Shown here one piece after another: positions 8,470 through 19,051 of a DNA stretch of 64,000 nt. Position numbers and translations under genes: made by a program. The notes under the pieces are model-generated. The model had not been told where the DNA came from. It searched no databases and saw only the letters and a list, made by a program, of their open reading frames with translations. The first letter of the stretch is position 1, and each line of letters opens with the position of its first letter. The stretch is from Sedimentisphaerales bacterium. GTDB taxonomy: Bacteria > Planctomycetota > Phycisphaerae > Sedimentisphaerales > Anaerobacaceae. The stretch lies in assembly GCA_963708075.1 (NCBI GenBank), contig OY970194.1:3104001-3168000 (forward strand), written 5' to 3'.

Positions 8470-11400
8470 TTACGGCTTGACCACGCGGACGCTGTCAATG
8501 AGGACCATGCCCGCGCCATCCGCCTGCGGATTGTTCCGGTCGCCGACGCCGATGAACATCTTCGTGACGGCCGACACATCCACACCCTTGAACTCACTGA
8601 GCGGAATGACCCACTTCGTCCAATCGCCCTGGACTGCACCGTTCGGGTAGGTGGCGACCGCCACTTTGCCCGACTTGTCCTGGAGGGCCACGTAGAGGTC
8701 ACCCGCGTCGTTGGCCGGGTTGGGCTGGACCGCGGTGCCCATGTCGAAAACAGTCCAGTCCCCTGTGACAGTCCCGGTGGTCGTCACATCGGAAATCTGG
8801 ACGGTGGTGGTGAGGCCACCCCAGCCGGCAATGCCGGCGGCAGCGCTAGCGGCGTAGCCTGCGTTATTGCTGGTGATCGCCAAGCCGATGTAGACGCTGC
8901 TGCCCATGGCGATCGTCTGCGGGTTCGGCGAGGCCGTGGCGGCCTGCTTCGGCACCAGAGTCCAAGTCGTGCCGTCCGTGGAGTATGAACCGGTGAAGTC
9001 GTTGCCCTTGCGCTCCAGTTTGAGCCAGACGGGCAGCGGAACCGCGCCGATCGGGGTGTAGCCCGACACCGCGGCGACATTTGTGCCAGGTCGGTTCTCG
9101 AACGCGATGCGCCCATTGCCCAGAGTGATCGTGTGAGCGCGGGCGGATGTCGCATCCAGGGACTCGCGGATCTGGATACCGCACTTCGTCCAGTTCGCGG
9201 TGAATGTCAGGCTGTTGACCTTGAAGATCATGGAGCCATCGCCGTCCAGCTTCTTGTAGACATAGCGGAAGTAGTCGTTGTTGGTGCCGGAGATGTCTCC
9301 GCTGCAGGCGCTCGCGGTCAGGCTGCCGTCCGCGTTCTGCACGAACTTCTGCGGTCTGCCTCTGAACCACAGGCTCAGGTCCGTCATGCCGCCCGTCGTC
9401 AGGTCCTGGGGATCTGTCCAGGTCCGCACAGCCTCGGAGTAGTACTTCTTGTCGGCACTGGCGTTGTCGTAGTAGAGCGGCATCGACTGGAAGTTGCCAT
9501 TGTCGAACACCATCGACTCGAGGTTGTCGTAGGTGAAGACGGTCTCCATGATCGCCTTCCCGTAGAACGGGTTGTTGTCCTTCGTCCAGACGTCATGGCC
9601 GACGCCGGCGCCCGTTCCGTTGCCCGGATTACCCTGCGGGAAGAAGTCATCCGCCGAGTATCCGTACCCGTCGATCCAGGACTGGAAGGCGCGGGTCGGT
9701 GAGTCATTCGTGTAACTCTCGAAGTTGTCGACGATGAGGTAATTCGGGACTGTGAACTGCCACACGTTGCCCTTGTGGATGGTTGTCCCGTCGGCCTCAA
9801 CCTCATCGACGCGCCAGAAGTAGGAGCCGCCGCCGAACTCGACCAGGCCGGCCGTGGAGAAGGTTGTCCCGGCCTGCTGGCCCTTGTACTCAGGTGAGCT
9901 GACATCGGCGGCTTTCACAGCCGCTTTGTCCTTGCCGAAGTACACATTGTGCTTGGCTGCGGTCGTTCCGGGCGCCCAGCTCAGCTCCGCAGCGTCGAGG
10001 ACATCTGCCATGGCGGCGCGTGCCGGCGCCGGATTGGAGGCGACCAGCGGATCGCCCTGCATGACCTGTGCGATCTCTTCGTCGGTGAGAGCCTTGTTGT
10101 AGACCCGCACATCGTCCATCCACCCAAGGAAGTGATACGAGGCGGCGTACGACTCCCGGCCGATCCTGAAGTTCCCGTTGGAAGCGCCGAGCACCTCGGC
10201 CGTCAACAGCTCCCTATCCAACTTACCGTTGACATACGTTCGGATGAACTGGCCCTTGCTGTAGACACCGACCACGTGGTACCAGACGCCCGGAGTGAGA
10301 ACCGTCCCACCCGCCACGCTTCGGTTGAGGAACGACGCGTTGGCGGCGTTCTTGATCTCGAGTTCCGCCTTGTTGACGTTGATGCCGAACTTGAAGCCGC
10401 CGGTGGAGTTGTTCTGGTTGCTGGCGATCTTGGCATCGGCCGTGTAAATGCCGGTCCTGACCCAGGCGGCAATCGTGACGGAGCCGGAGTAATTGAACGT
10501 TGCATCCGTGCCGCAATCCACATGGTCATCGATGCCATCGAAGCGCAGCGCGTCGCCGGCAAGCCCCTCGTCCCACTGCACGCCGTTCATGAGCGTGCCG
10601 TGATGGCCAAAGCCGGAGGAGTCGATAGCCACGCCGGCGTGCTCATCGTCCAGCTTCCACCAGCCAATCATGTTGGGGTCTGCCTTCGCCATCTCCGGAC
10701 GCACGGTGAAGCTCCAGACCTCGCCGGCCGTTGTCGCAACGCCGATCTCATCCACGCGCCAATAATAGGTCGTGCCGGCCTGCAGCCCGGTGGGCGTGTA
10801 GGTCGCCTCTGCCTGTGCGGCAGATTTCTTTGTCTCGGCCGCACCGGCAGCAACGGCGGCGCGGTCAGTCCCGAAGTACACATCGCGACTCAGTGCGGTC
10901 ATCCCCGGCGTCCATTCCAGTACCACGTCAGGAGCGACATATCCAGCCCCATTGGCGGGCTTCGGCGACGATGACGCCTCCGATGCCGCGGTGAAACTCC
11001 ACACGTTGCCGGTGCCGACCGTAGCGTCGGCGGACACTTCGTCGATTCGCCAGTAGTAGGTCGTGCCCGGTACGATCGCGCAGATGTATGCATTCTGTGC
11101 CAGCGGCTGCTGACCCTTATACTCAGGCGAGCTGGTCGTGGCGGCGCTGACGGCGGCTGCATCGGTTCCAAAGTACACCTGATGTGCCGCGGCAACACCA
11201 GGGGCGTCCCACTTCACTATCGGCATGGTCACCCCTGCGGCGCCATTCGCCGGGTTGGGATTGGTGGCTTTCGGACCCCCACCCACGTACTCCGCCACGG
11301 CGATGATCTCTGCCATGGGCGGAAGAACGGTCCCCGTCACGTCCATGTCCCAAATGCGCACAAATCCGCGGAACGTATCGCCGGCGACATAGTGCTTCAC

Positions 11401-12006
11401 CCAAGCGGCGGCGGCGCCCACTTCATCCGTCGCCAGAATCTCCAGATCCGCAGCCGCGTCGGGCTTCGCCGGACGCGCCGACGCCCACACTGTCGTCAGA
11501 CCCCACGCGGAGCCGGCAGCGGTGAACTTGACGTTCTTCTTGGCGTCGCGTTTTCCACCGGCCGTGTCCAATCCAATGACGGCGGGCCCACCGGCATCGG
11601 CCCACTGTCCGGCCGAGTAGTTCCCGAAGGAGACGTTATAGAACGGAATATCGCCATAGTGCACGATCTTCCCGCCCGCATCGAGATATCGTCGAAGCGT
11701 ACAGTTGGCATCCCGCGTCTCCACCACGTTATCCGGGGCGCGATCCTTGCAGAGCACGACCACACTGTACTTCTTGTCGGCGATCCGGGCATCCATCCAC
11801 GCCTTGAGCTGATCGGCGTTGAGGATCTGGTAACCCGCCTTCTCCAAGCCGTCTCGAATGACCACCGAGACGACCTCGTCGGCCCAGCCCGTCGTATAGC
11901 GTGCATCCCAGTAGGCGGCGCGGATCCACTCGACCTGCGCGGCCTGAGCTGCGACCGGGCTTAACACCCATGCCAGTAGAACCATACATAACAGTTTCTT
12001 ACCCAT
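8470..12006 (-). CDS. Secreted modular LamG-domain protein, array member 1 (unnamed N-domain + LamG)
   Basis: 1178 aa with signal peptide, three Y[YF]WR[VI]DE modules, LamG (GWWKLD...WYHVVGVY...MDDVRVYNKAL) and the constant C-terminal region ending IDSVRVVKP. Confidence 0.9.
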   Translation of the reverse strand: MGKKLLCMVLLAWVLSPVAAQAAQVEWIRAAYWDARYTTGWADEVVSVVIRDGLEKAGYQILNADQLKAWMDARIADKKYSVVVLCKDRAPDNVVETRDANCTLRRYLDAGGKIVHYGDIPFYNVSFGNYSAGQWADAGGPAVIGLDTAGGKRDAKKNVKFTAAGSAWGLTTVWASARPAKPDAAADLEILATDEVGAAAAWVKHYVAGDTFRGFVRIWDMDVTGTVLPPMAEIIAVAEYVGGGPKATNPNPANGAAGVTMPIVKWDAPGVAAAHQVYFGTDAAAVSAATTSSPEYKGQQPLAQNAYICAIVPGTTYYWRIDEVSADATVGTGNVWSFTAASEASSSPKPANGAGYVAPDVVLEWTPGMTALSRDVYFGTDRAAVAAGAAETKKSAAQAEATYTPTGLQAGTTYYWRVDEIGVATTAGEVWSFTVRPEMAKADPNMIGWWKLDDEHAGVAIDSSGFGHHGTLMNGVQWDEGLAGDALRFDGIDDHVDCGTDATFNYSGSVTIAAWVRTGIYTADAKIASNQNNSTGGFKFGINVNKAELEIKNAANASFLNRSVAGGTVLTPGVWYHVVGVYSKGQFIRTYVNGKLDRELLTAEVLGASNGNFRIGRESYAASYHFLGWMDDVRVYNKALTDEEIAQVMQGDPLVASNPAPARAAMADVLDAAELSWAPGTTAAKHNVYFGKDKAAVKAADVSSPEYKGQQAGTTFSTAGLVEFGGGSYFWRVDEVEADGTTIHKGNVWQFTVPNYLIVDNFESYTNDSPTRAFQSWIDGYGYSADDFFPQGNPGNGTGAGVGHDVWTKDNNPFYGKAIMETVFTYDNLESMVFDNGNFQSMPLYYDNASADKKYYSEAVRTWTDPQDLTTGGMTDLSLWFRGRPQKFVQNADGSLTASACSGDISGTNNDYFRYVYKKLDGDGSMIFKVNSLTFTANWTKCGIQIRESLDATSARAHTITLGNGRIAFENRPGTNVAAVSGYTPIGAVPLPVWLKLERKGNDFTGSYSTDGTTWTLVPKQAATASPNPQTIAMGSSVYIGLAITSNNAGYAASAAAGIAGWGGLTTTVQISDVTTTGTVTGDWTVFDMGTAVQPNPANDAGDLYVALQDKSGKVAVATYPNGAVQGDWTKWVIPLSEFKGVDVSAVTKMFIGVGDRNNPQADGAGMVLIDSVRVVKP

Positions 12007-12056
12007 AACAGAGCCCCTTTCAAAGAAATTGATGTTTCTAATACGTCACAATCTTG

Positions 12057-15000
12057 TCACGGCTTAATCACATGAATGTCATCGATGTAGACCAACCCGG
12101 TACCATCCGGCTGTGGAGTGCTCCGGCTGCCCACGCCGATATACATCTTCGCAACAGCCGACACATCCACTCCCGTGAACTGGCTCAGCGGGATCTTCCA
12201 CTGTGTCCAGTCGATCACAGCGGTGCCGTCCGGCCAGGTCACCACGCCCACTTTACCGGACTTGTCCTGGATAGCCACATACAGGTCATCCGCATCGTTA
12301 GCGGGGTTGATCTGGGCAGCGGTGCCGACATCCGCGACCGTCCAGTCGCCTGTGACGGCCCCGGTGGTCGTGACGTTGGACATATTGGCGATGGCGGTCG
12401 AGACCGTGTTGTTGCTCGCCACGCACAGGCCGATGTACACGGTGCCGGTCATGGTGATCGTCTGCGGGTTCGGCCCCGTCCCGCCGCCGCCATTGGCGTT
12501 CGAAACCTGGGTCCAGTTGGTGCCATCCTTGGAGTAGAAGCCGGTGAACTGGTTGCCTTTACGCTCCACCTTGAGCCAGACGGGCAGCGGGACTGCGCCG
12601 ACAGCGGTGTACACGGATACGGAGGCCGCGCCGGTCGTCGGACGATTCTCGAATGCCACGCGGCCGATCGGCGTCGTGATCATGTGGGCGCGGGTGGACG
12701 TCACGTCCAGCGTCTCACGAATCATGACGCCGGCCTTCGCCCACTGGTGCGTGGCGGTCAGATCACTGACCTTGACAATCATCGAGCCGTCACCGTCCAG
12801 CCGCTTGTAGACGAAGCGGAAGAAGTCGTTGCTGGTGCTGGAGATGTCTCCGCTTGTGGAGGTCACGACGTAGCTGCCGTCCGGTTTCTGCAGGAATTTC
12901 ACCGGCCTGCCTTTGAACCACAGGCTCAGATCCGTAGCGCCGCCCGCCGTCAGGTCCTGCGGCGTGGTCCAGCTCCGCTCGGTCTCAGAATAATACTTCG
13001 TATCGGCACTATCGTTATAGTAGTACAGAGGCATGGACTGAGCGCCACCGTGGACGAAGTTCTTCTCCGCGATGGAGGTGAACGTCGTACCGTCCGCCCA
13101 GATGTCATGTCCGACGCCGGAGCCTGTGCCGTTGCCGGCGTAGCCCTTGGGGAAGAACTCATCGACCGAATAGCCGTAGCCGTCGAGCCACGTCTGGAAC
13201 ATGCGGTTCGGGGAATCATTCGCATAACTCTCGAACTCGTCCACGATAAGATACTCAGGCACGACGAACTTCCAGATATTGCCCTTGTGGATGGTCGCTC
13301 CGTCGGCCTCGACCTCATCGATGCGCCAGAAGTAGGAGCCGCCGCCCATCGCGACCAGTCCGGCGAGGGAATAGCTGGTTGCAGACTGCCGGCCCTTGTA
13401 TTCGGGGGCGCTGGAATCAGCGGTTTTCACAGCCTCCCCGTCCGTGCCGAAGTACACGTCGTGCCTGGCCGCCCCTGTACCGGCAGACCAGCTCAGCTCG
13501 GCCGCATCGCGGATATCCACCGTGCTGCTGGTGACCGGTTGCGGATCGCGGGCCTGCAGCGGGTCACCCTGCATGACCTCTGCGATCTCCGTTTCGCTCA
13601 GCGCCCGGTTATAAATCCGCACATCGTCGATTAACCCAAGCCAGAAGTATGAATTGGCGTAAGACTCGCGGCCGATCATGAAGGCTCCATTGGAAACACC
13701 CACGACATCGGTTGTCGGGAGCTCCCGGTCCAGCGTGCCGTTGATGTACGTCCGGATGTGCTGACCCATGCTGTAGACACCGGCAACATGGTACCAAATC
13801 CCCTGCTGGATCGTCGTTCCGCCCGCGACGCTGCGGTTCAGGATCGCTGGTGTGTTAGCGGCTGGCCGGATCTCGAACTCCGCCTTGTTTTGATAGACAC
13901 CCAGCTTGTAGCCGCCGGTGGAATTGTTCTGGTTGCTGGCAATCTTTCCGTCATTGCCGGTTGCCCCTGATTTGACCCACGCGGTAATCGTTACCGAGCC
14001 GGAGAAAGCGAAGGCCGCATCCTGGCCGCAATTCAAATAGTCATCGAAGCCATCGAAGCGAAGCGCGTCACCGGCATACCCCTCAACCCATTGCGGACCA
14101 CCCACGAGCGTGCCATGGTGATCCCAGCCCGAGAAATCCACGGCCACACCGGCGTTCTCGTCCTCCATCTTCCACCAGCCAATCAGGCTGGGATCCGCCT
14201 TCGCAATCACCGGGCACACCGTAAAGCTCCAGATCTGGCCCGGCACTGTGACAGCGGCCACCTCGTCCACGCGCCAGTAATAGGTCACACCCTGCTGCAA
14301 TCCGGCAGGCGTGTAGGACATCCCCGGTTGCGCGCTGGCTTTCCTGGTCTCCGCCGCCCCGGCCTCGACGGCGGCACGATCCGTCCCGAAGTACACATCG
14401 TGGCCCATCATTGCGGACGCTCCCGGCATCCACTCAAGCGTGGCGTCGGGCGAAACATAGCTGGCCCCGTCCGCGGGCTTCGGCGCCCACGCGGCCTGCG
14501 ACGCCGACGTGAAGCTCCACACGCTGCCGGTGAGCACGGTGCCGTCGGCAAGCATTTCGTCGATTCGCCAGTAGTAGGTTGTTCCGGGCACGAGCGCAAA
14601 GACGTACGCATTCTGTACGATCGACTGCTGGCCCTTGAATTCAGGGGAGCTGCGGTTGGCGGCATTGACGGCGGCCTGGTCTGTTCCGAAGTACACGTGA
14701 TGGGCTGTCGCATTCTTGACTGCATCCCACTGCACCGCCGGCATGCCCACGCCTGTGGCGCCGTTCGCCGGGCGAGGGTTAAATGCCTTGGGGCCCGAGT
14801 ACTCCGCCACGCGTATGATCTCTTCCACCGTGGGCCGCACGGTCGTCGTCACGTTGAAGTCCCAAATCCGCACGAATCCGCGGAATGTGTCACCGGCCAC
14901 GTAGTGCTTTACCCATGCCGCAGCGTTGCCCGCGTTGTCCGTCGCCAGAATCGTCCAATTGGTGGTCACCGTCGGAAGCGCCGGACGCACCGATTGCCAC

Positions 15001-15518
15001 GTCTGAGTCAAACCCCATTCCGTTCCGGAGGCTGTCAGCTTGACCACCTGGTTGGTGTCCCGTGGGGCGCTCGCCGTGTTGAACCCCAGTATGTTCGGTG
15101 CTCCATAGTCGCCCCATGAGGTGTTCGTGCCATTCACGTGTCCCTGGTTGTAGAGCGGAATATCGGCATAGTACACGACTTTCCCACCCGCATCCAGGTA
15201 CCGTCGAAGCGTACAACTGGCGCTCAACGTCTCGGTCACGGTATCGGGAATGACATCCCGGCAAAGGACGACCACACTGTACTTCCCGTCGGCAATCCGG
15301 GCGTCCATCCACGCCTTGAGCTGACCGGCGTCGAGGACCTCATAGCCGGCCGCCTGCAAACCATCCCGAATCGACGCCGTGATAATCTCATCCGCCCAGT
15401 TCGTCAAAACGCGCGCATCCCAGTAGGCTGCGCGGACCCACTCGACCTGCGCCGCCTCGGCCGTGACGGGGCTGAACACCCATGCAAAGAGAATCAGACA
15501 CACCAGCTTCCTACACAT
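12057..15518 (-). CDS. Secreted modular LamG-domain protein, array member 2 (unnamed N-domain + LamG)
   Basis: Close paralog of member 1, ending IDDIHVIKP. Alternative start at 15524. Confidence 0.9.
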   Translation of the reverse strand: MCRKLVCLILFAWVFSPVTAEAAQVEWVRAAYWDARVLTNWADEIITASIRDGLQAAGYEVLDAGQLKAWMDARIADGKYSVVVLCRDVIPDTVTETLSASCTLRRYLDAGGKVVYYADIPLYNQGHVNGTNTSWGDYGAPNILGFNTASAPRDTNQVVKLTASGTEWGLTQTWQSVRPALPTVTTNWTILATDNAGNAAAWVKHYVAGDTFRGFVRIWDFNVTTTVRPTVEEIIRVAEYSGPKAFNPRPANGATGVGMPAVQWDAVKNATAHHVYFGTDQAAVNAANRSSPEFKGQQSIVQNAYVFALVPGTTYYWRIDEMLADGTVLTGSVWSFTSASQAAWAPKPADGASYVSPDATLEWMPGASAMMGHDVYFGTDRAAVEAGAAETRKASAQPGMSYTPAGLQQGVTYYWRVDEVAAVTVPGQIWSFTVCPVIAKADPSLIGWWKMEDENAGVAVDFSGWDHHGTLVGGPQWVEGYAGDALRFDGFDDYLNCGQDAAFAFSGSVTITAWVKSGATGNDGKIASNQNNSTGGYKLGVYQNKAEFEIRPAANTPAILNRSVAGGTTIQQGIWYHVAGVYSMGQHIRTYINGTLDRELPTTDVVGVSNGAFMIGRESYANSYFWLGLIDDVRIYNRALSETEIAEVMQGDPLQARDPQPVTSSTVDIRDAAELSWSAGTGAARHDVYFGTDGEAVKTADSSAPEYKGRQSATSYSLAGLVAMGGGSYFWRIDEVEADGATIHKGNIWKFVVPEYLIVDEFESYANDSPNRMFQTWLDGYGYSVDEFFPKGYAGNGTGSGVGHDIWADGTTFTSIAEKNFVHGGAQSMPLYYYNDSADTKYYSETERSWTTPQDLTAGGATDLSLWFKGRPVKFLQKPDGSYVVTSTSGDISSTSNDFFRFVYKRLDGDGSMIVKVSDLTATHQWAKAGVMIRETLDVTSTRAHMITTPIGRVAFENRPTTGAASVSVYTAVGAVPLPVWLKVERKGNQFTGFYSKDGTNWTQVSNANGGGGTGPNPQTITMTGTVYIGLCVASNNTVSTAIANMSNVTTTGAVTGDWTVADVGTAAQINPANDADDLYVAIQDKSGKVGVVTWPDGTAVIDWTQWKIPLSQFTGVDVSAVAKMYIGVGSRSTPQPDGTGLVYIDDIHVIKP

Positions 15519-15572
15519 GACCATGCCCTTTCAAGACAGGTGGCTCCTGTTTCTGCAATCCCGCGACTCGTG

Positions 15573-18500
15573 TCACGGCTTGATCACACAAATGTCATCG
15601 ATGTACAACCGGCCGGCGCCGTCCGCTTGCGGGTTGTTGCGGTCGCCCACTCCGATGTACATCTTCTTCACGGCCTTCGTGTTCACGCCGGCAAACTGAG
15701 TGAGCGGAATCTGCCAGTCGATCCAGGTGGTCGTCAGCACCGCATTGAGGTCCGGATGACTCACGACAGCAGACTTGTTCGCGCTATCCTGGATGACCAC
15801 ATACAACGGAGACGGATCGTTGCCGGGAATAGCCCCGCCGATATCCGCCACCTGCCAGTCGCCCGCGACCGACCCTGTCGTGGCCACGTCGGAGAACTGG
15901 ACGACACAGGATTGGCTCACGTTGTTGCTGGTGACGGCCAGCCCGATGTAGACATCGCCCATCATATTGACTGTTTGCGGGTTGGGCGATTCGCCGCCGC
16001 CGTTGTTGGTCTGTGCGATCCAGGTCTTGCCGTCATTCGAGTGATAACCGGTGATGGCGCCGCCTTTACGCTCCAGCTTCACCCACTGCGGAAATGCAAG
16101 CTCACATACGTTGCCGTGGGCGGAGAACGAGGTCCCACCGGCGGTGGGCCGGTTCTGGAAGGCAGGCCGGCCGTCCGGGGCCATCATCATCAGAGCGTGC
16201 GCCGCGTCCTGATTCAGGCTCTCGCGGATCATCACGCCTGCTTTGCCCCACAGCGCCGTGACGGTCATGCTGTTGACTTTCGCGACGATCGTGCCGTCGC
16301 CCGACAGCCGCTTGTAGACCAGCCGAAAGTTGTCTGCGGTGCCCCACACGTCGCCGCTGGCGGAGCTCATCGTATACTGCCCCAGTGCGGTTTCAACGAA
16401 CCGGACCGCGTTGCCCCGCAATGACAGTTGGAGCGTGCCGGCGCCTCCGGCTGTCCAGTCCTGAGGCGTGGACCACGTTCGCACGGCCTCACCATAGTGC
16501 GGAACGTTGGCGTTGTTGTAGTCCATCGACACGGCCTGGCCGCTCTTGGCGATCACGGTCTCCATGACGCGCCTCACCATGGGATCGTAGCCGATCATGG
16601 CCGTCGTGCCGTTGCCCGGATCCCCGCCCGGGAAGTAATCGTCCGGCGAGAAGCCGAGCCCGTCGATCCATGTCTGGAATACCCGATGGGGTGAGGCGTT
16701 CGTGTAACTCTCGAAGTTGTCGATGATCAGGTAAGGCAACGCCGTGAACTTCCAAAGCTGCCCGGCGTGCACGGTTCCGTCGGCATCGATCTCATCAATC
16801 CGCCAGTAGTAATCGGCGCCGCTGAGATCGACAAGATCGGCCGAGGAGAAACTGGTCCCCGTCTGATTGCCCCTGAACGCGGCCGAGGCTCTATCGCCCG
16901 CGGCAACCGCGTCTCTGTCGGCGCCGAAGTACACATCATGCGAGACGGCCGAAGCACCCGCCACCCATTGGAGCGACGACACATCACGAATATCCACAAT
17001 CGCGTCGGGTGACGGAGCGGGATTCGACGCCTGCAGCGGGTCCCCCTGCATGAGCGTCTGGATCTCCTGTTCCGTCAGCGTCTTGTTGTAGATGCGAACT
17101 TCGTCGATCGCGCCGCGATAGTACGAGGTGCCGTTCCAGGCCATGGCGCCCAGCGAGATGATCCTGGTCGTTGCATAGAGGTCTTTATTCGCATTGTTGT
17201 CGGCGTTCACCAGGTCCCCATCCAGGTAGACCTTGTGCCCGACGCCGGCCTCTTTTGTCGCGACCACCATGTGCCAGCTGTCGGACAGCCAGTCACTCTG
17301 TTTCGTTCCAACGGCGGAGAACTTCTTGGCGCTGTCGTAGTAATGCAGGGAAAGCTCACCCTCGGCGCCGACGGAATCCTGGATCCCGAAGATAAGGTCG
17401 CTGCGCGAGCCCATGCACAGCAGGTACTGGGACCCGCTGACGCCATGGATGGTGCGGGCGACCCTGAACCAGGCGCAATACGAATAATTGTCAGGGAGAT
17501 ACAGGGCTGCGGGCGTGCGGAAGTTGACATAGTCGTCGAGACCATCGAACCAGAGCGCCGCGCCGTCATAGCCGTCGATCCACTGCGCCCGAACGATGGC
17601 GCCGTGATTGCCATGGCCGGACCAATCCACAACTTTGCCGCCGGCAGCCTCGTCGAGCGTCCACAAGGCCAGGAGATTGGGATCGACTATAGGAATCTCG
17701 TGCAGCACGGTGAAGCTCCAGACATCCCCCTTGATCTGTCCGGTCACGGTAGACTCATCGACTCGCCAGTAGTACGTCGTGCCCGGTTTCATGGGGCCGG
17801 GATCGAATGTGGCATCGGGTGCCGTCAATCCGCCGGCCGTGGCGGCGCTGACCTCCTCCAGGCTCTCACCGAAGTACACCGTGTGGAGCAGGGCCTGCAT
17901 GCCCTTCTGCCAGCTCAAGTCATCATCGGGGCCGATATACACGGCCTGATCCGCGGGCGCGGGACCCCAGGCCGAGGCCGGCCGCACCTGGAGACTCCAG
18001 ACCGGGCCCTTCCACGGGCTCTCGGGGTTGGCGGTATTGATCTCGTCCACACGCCAGTAGTAAGTCTTGCCCGGAGTCAGGCCCTTGGGATACGGATTTC
18101 CGGGATACCCGACGATGAAATTCTTGCCGGGCGTGGAGCCCAGGAAGACGCTCGTGTCCGCGGGCGTGCCATTCGCCACGGCATCCTTATCCTCCCCGAA
18201 ATACACGTTGTGTGAGACGGCCAGATCGCCGGCGCGCCACTCCAGGATAACCTGTGGGGCGTCTGCCATCGAGCCATCCTTCGGCTTGGGGCCGGCGGCA
18301 TAGGGATACGCCACGTTCTCCATCGCCGCTTTGATCTCGGACTCGGTCAGGATGTGGTTGTACACCCGCACGTCGTCAATCCGACCGACGAAGAACTCGC
18401 TGGCGCCGCCCTGCCAGGTGCCAATCCGAAACGGCCCTGTCCCGGCGTTGAGCACGGAGCTGGTCATTCGGGTGATCTCATTTCCGTTGTAATAGAAGAC

Positions 18501-18971
18501 CGCCCCTCCGCCCTGACTGGGTTGGAACGTGACGGCCACGTGCTGCCACGCTCCGGTCATCAGCGTCACCCCCGTCGACATATGATCGCGAACCGTCGGC
18601 GTCGTGAAACGCAGGTTGGTTGTATAGGTCTTGAACGCGTATGATCCGTCGCGGCAGACCATATCGTGACTGCCGCTGAGGGACTCCGGGCTGATCCAGC
18701 AGGCGATCGTGATCCCCTCGCCGAACTTCAGCGCGGCAGGATCGCCAAAAGACAGCCAGTCATCGCCGTCGAAGCGCAGGGAACTGCCGAACTTCCCGGG
18801 CAGCCATTCAGGGTCTCCCTCGAACGCCCCGGCGTTGCCCTTGCCGCTGGAATCACGGGCAACCGTGCCCGACCCCTCGTCGAAGGTCCACCAGCCAACG
18901 AGGTCCGCACGAGCCACAGAGGACAACGCCACTATACATGCCAATACAACAGCCAGTTTCCCATGCATCAT
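15573..18971 (-). CDS. Secreted modular protein, array member 3 (LamG + LamG)
   Basis: RBS GAAAGGGA before ATG 18971. Two different LamG domains and three YYWR modules, ending IDDICVIKP. Confidence 0.9.
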   Translation of the reverse strand: MMHGKLAVVLACIVALSSVARADLVGWWTFDEGSGTVARDSSGKGNAGAFEGDPEWLPGKFGSSLRFDGDDWLSFGDPAALKFGEGITIACWISPESLSGSHDMVCRDGSYAFKTYTTNLRFTTPTVRDHMSTGVTLMTGAWQHVAVTFQPSQGGGAVFYYNGNEITRMTSSVLNAGTGPFRIGTWQGGASEFFVGRIDDVRVYNHILTESEIKAAMENVAYPYAAGPKPKDGSMADAPQVILEWRAGDLAVSHNVYFGEDKDAVANGTPADTSVFLGSTPGKNFIVGYPGNPYPKGLTPGKTYYWRVDEINTANPESPWKGPVWSLQVRPASAWGPAPADQAVYIGPDDDLSWQKGMQALLHTVYFGESLEEVSAATAGGLTAPDATFDPGPMKPGTTYYWRVDESTVTGQIKGDVWSFTVLHEIPIVDPNLLALWTLDEAAGGKVVDWSGHGNHGAIVRAQWIDGYDGAALWFDGLDDYVNFRTPAALYLPDNYSYCAWFRVARTIHGVSGSQYLLCMGSRSDLIFGIQDSVGAEGELSLHYYDSAKKFSAVGTKQSDWLSDSWHMVVATKEAGVGHKVYLDGDLVNADNNANKDLYATTRIISLGAMAWNGTSYYRGAIDEVRIYNKTLTEQEIQTLMQGDPLQASNPAPSPDAIVDIRDVSSLQWVAGASAVSHDVYFGADRDAVAAGDRASAAFRGNQTGTSFSSADLVDLSGADYYWRIDEIDADGTVHAGQLWKFTALPYLIIDNFESYTNASPHRVFQTWIDGLGFSPDDYFPGGDPGNGTTAMIGYDPMVRRVMETVIAKSGQAVSMDYNNANVPHYGEAVRTWSTPQDWTAGGAGTLQLSLRGNAVRFVETALGQYTMSSASGDVWGTADNFRLVYKRLSGDGTIVAKVNSMTVTALWGKAGVMIRESLNQDAAHALMMMAPDGRPAFQNRPTAGGTSFSAHGNVCELAFPQWVKLERKGGAITGYHSNDGKTWIAQTNNGGGESPNPQTVNMMGDVYIGLAVTSNNVSQSCVVQFSDVATTGSVAGDWQVADIGGAIPGNDPSPLYVVIQDSANKSAVVSHPDLNAVLTTTWIDWQIPLTQFAGVNTKAVKKMYIGVGDRNNPQADGAGRLYIDDICVIKP

Positions 18972-19051
18972 CGTTCCCTTTCTCACGACTACGCTGGTTC
19001 TCAAACAGGGGCAGGCTGTAAACCCGCCCCTGGGATCATTGCCGATCAGGG

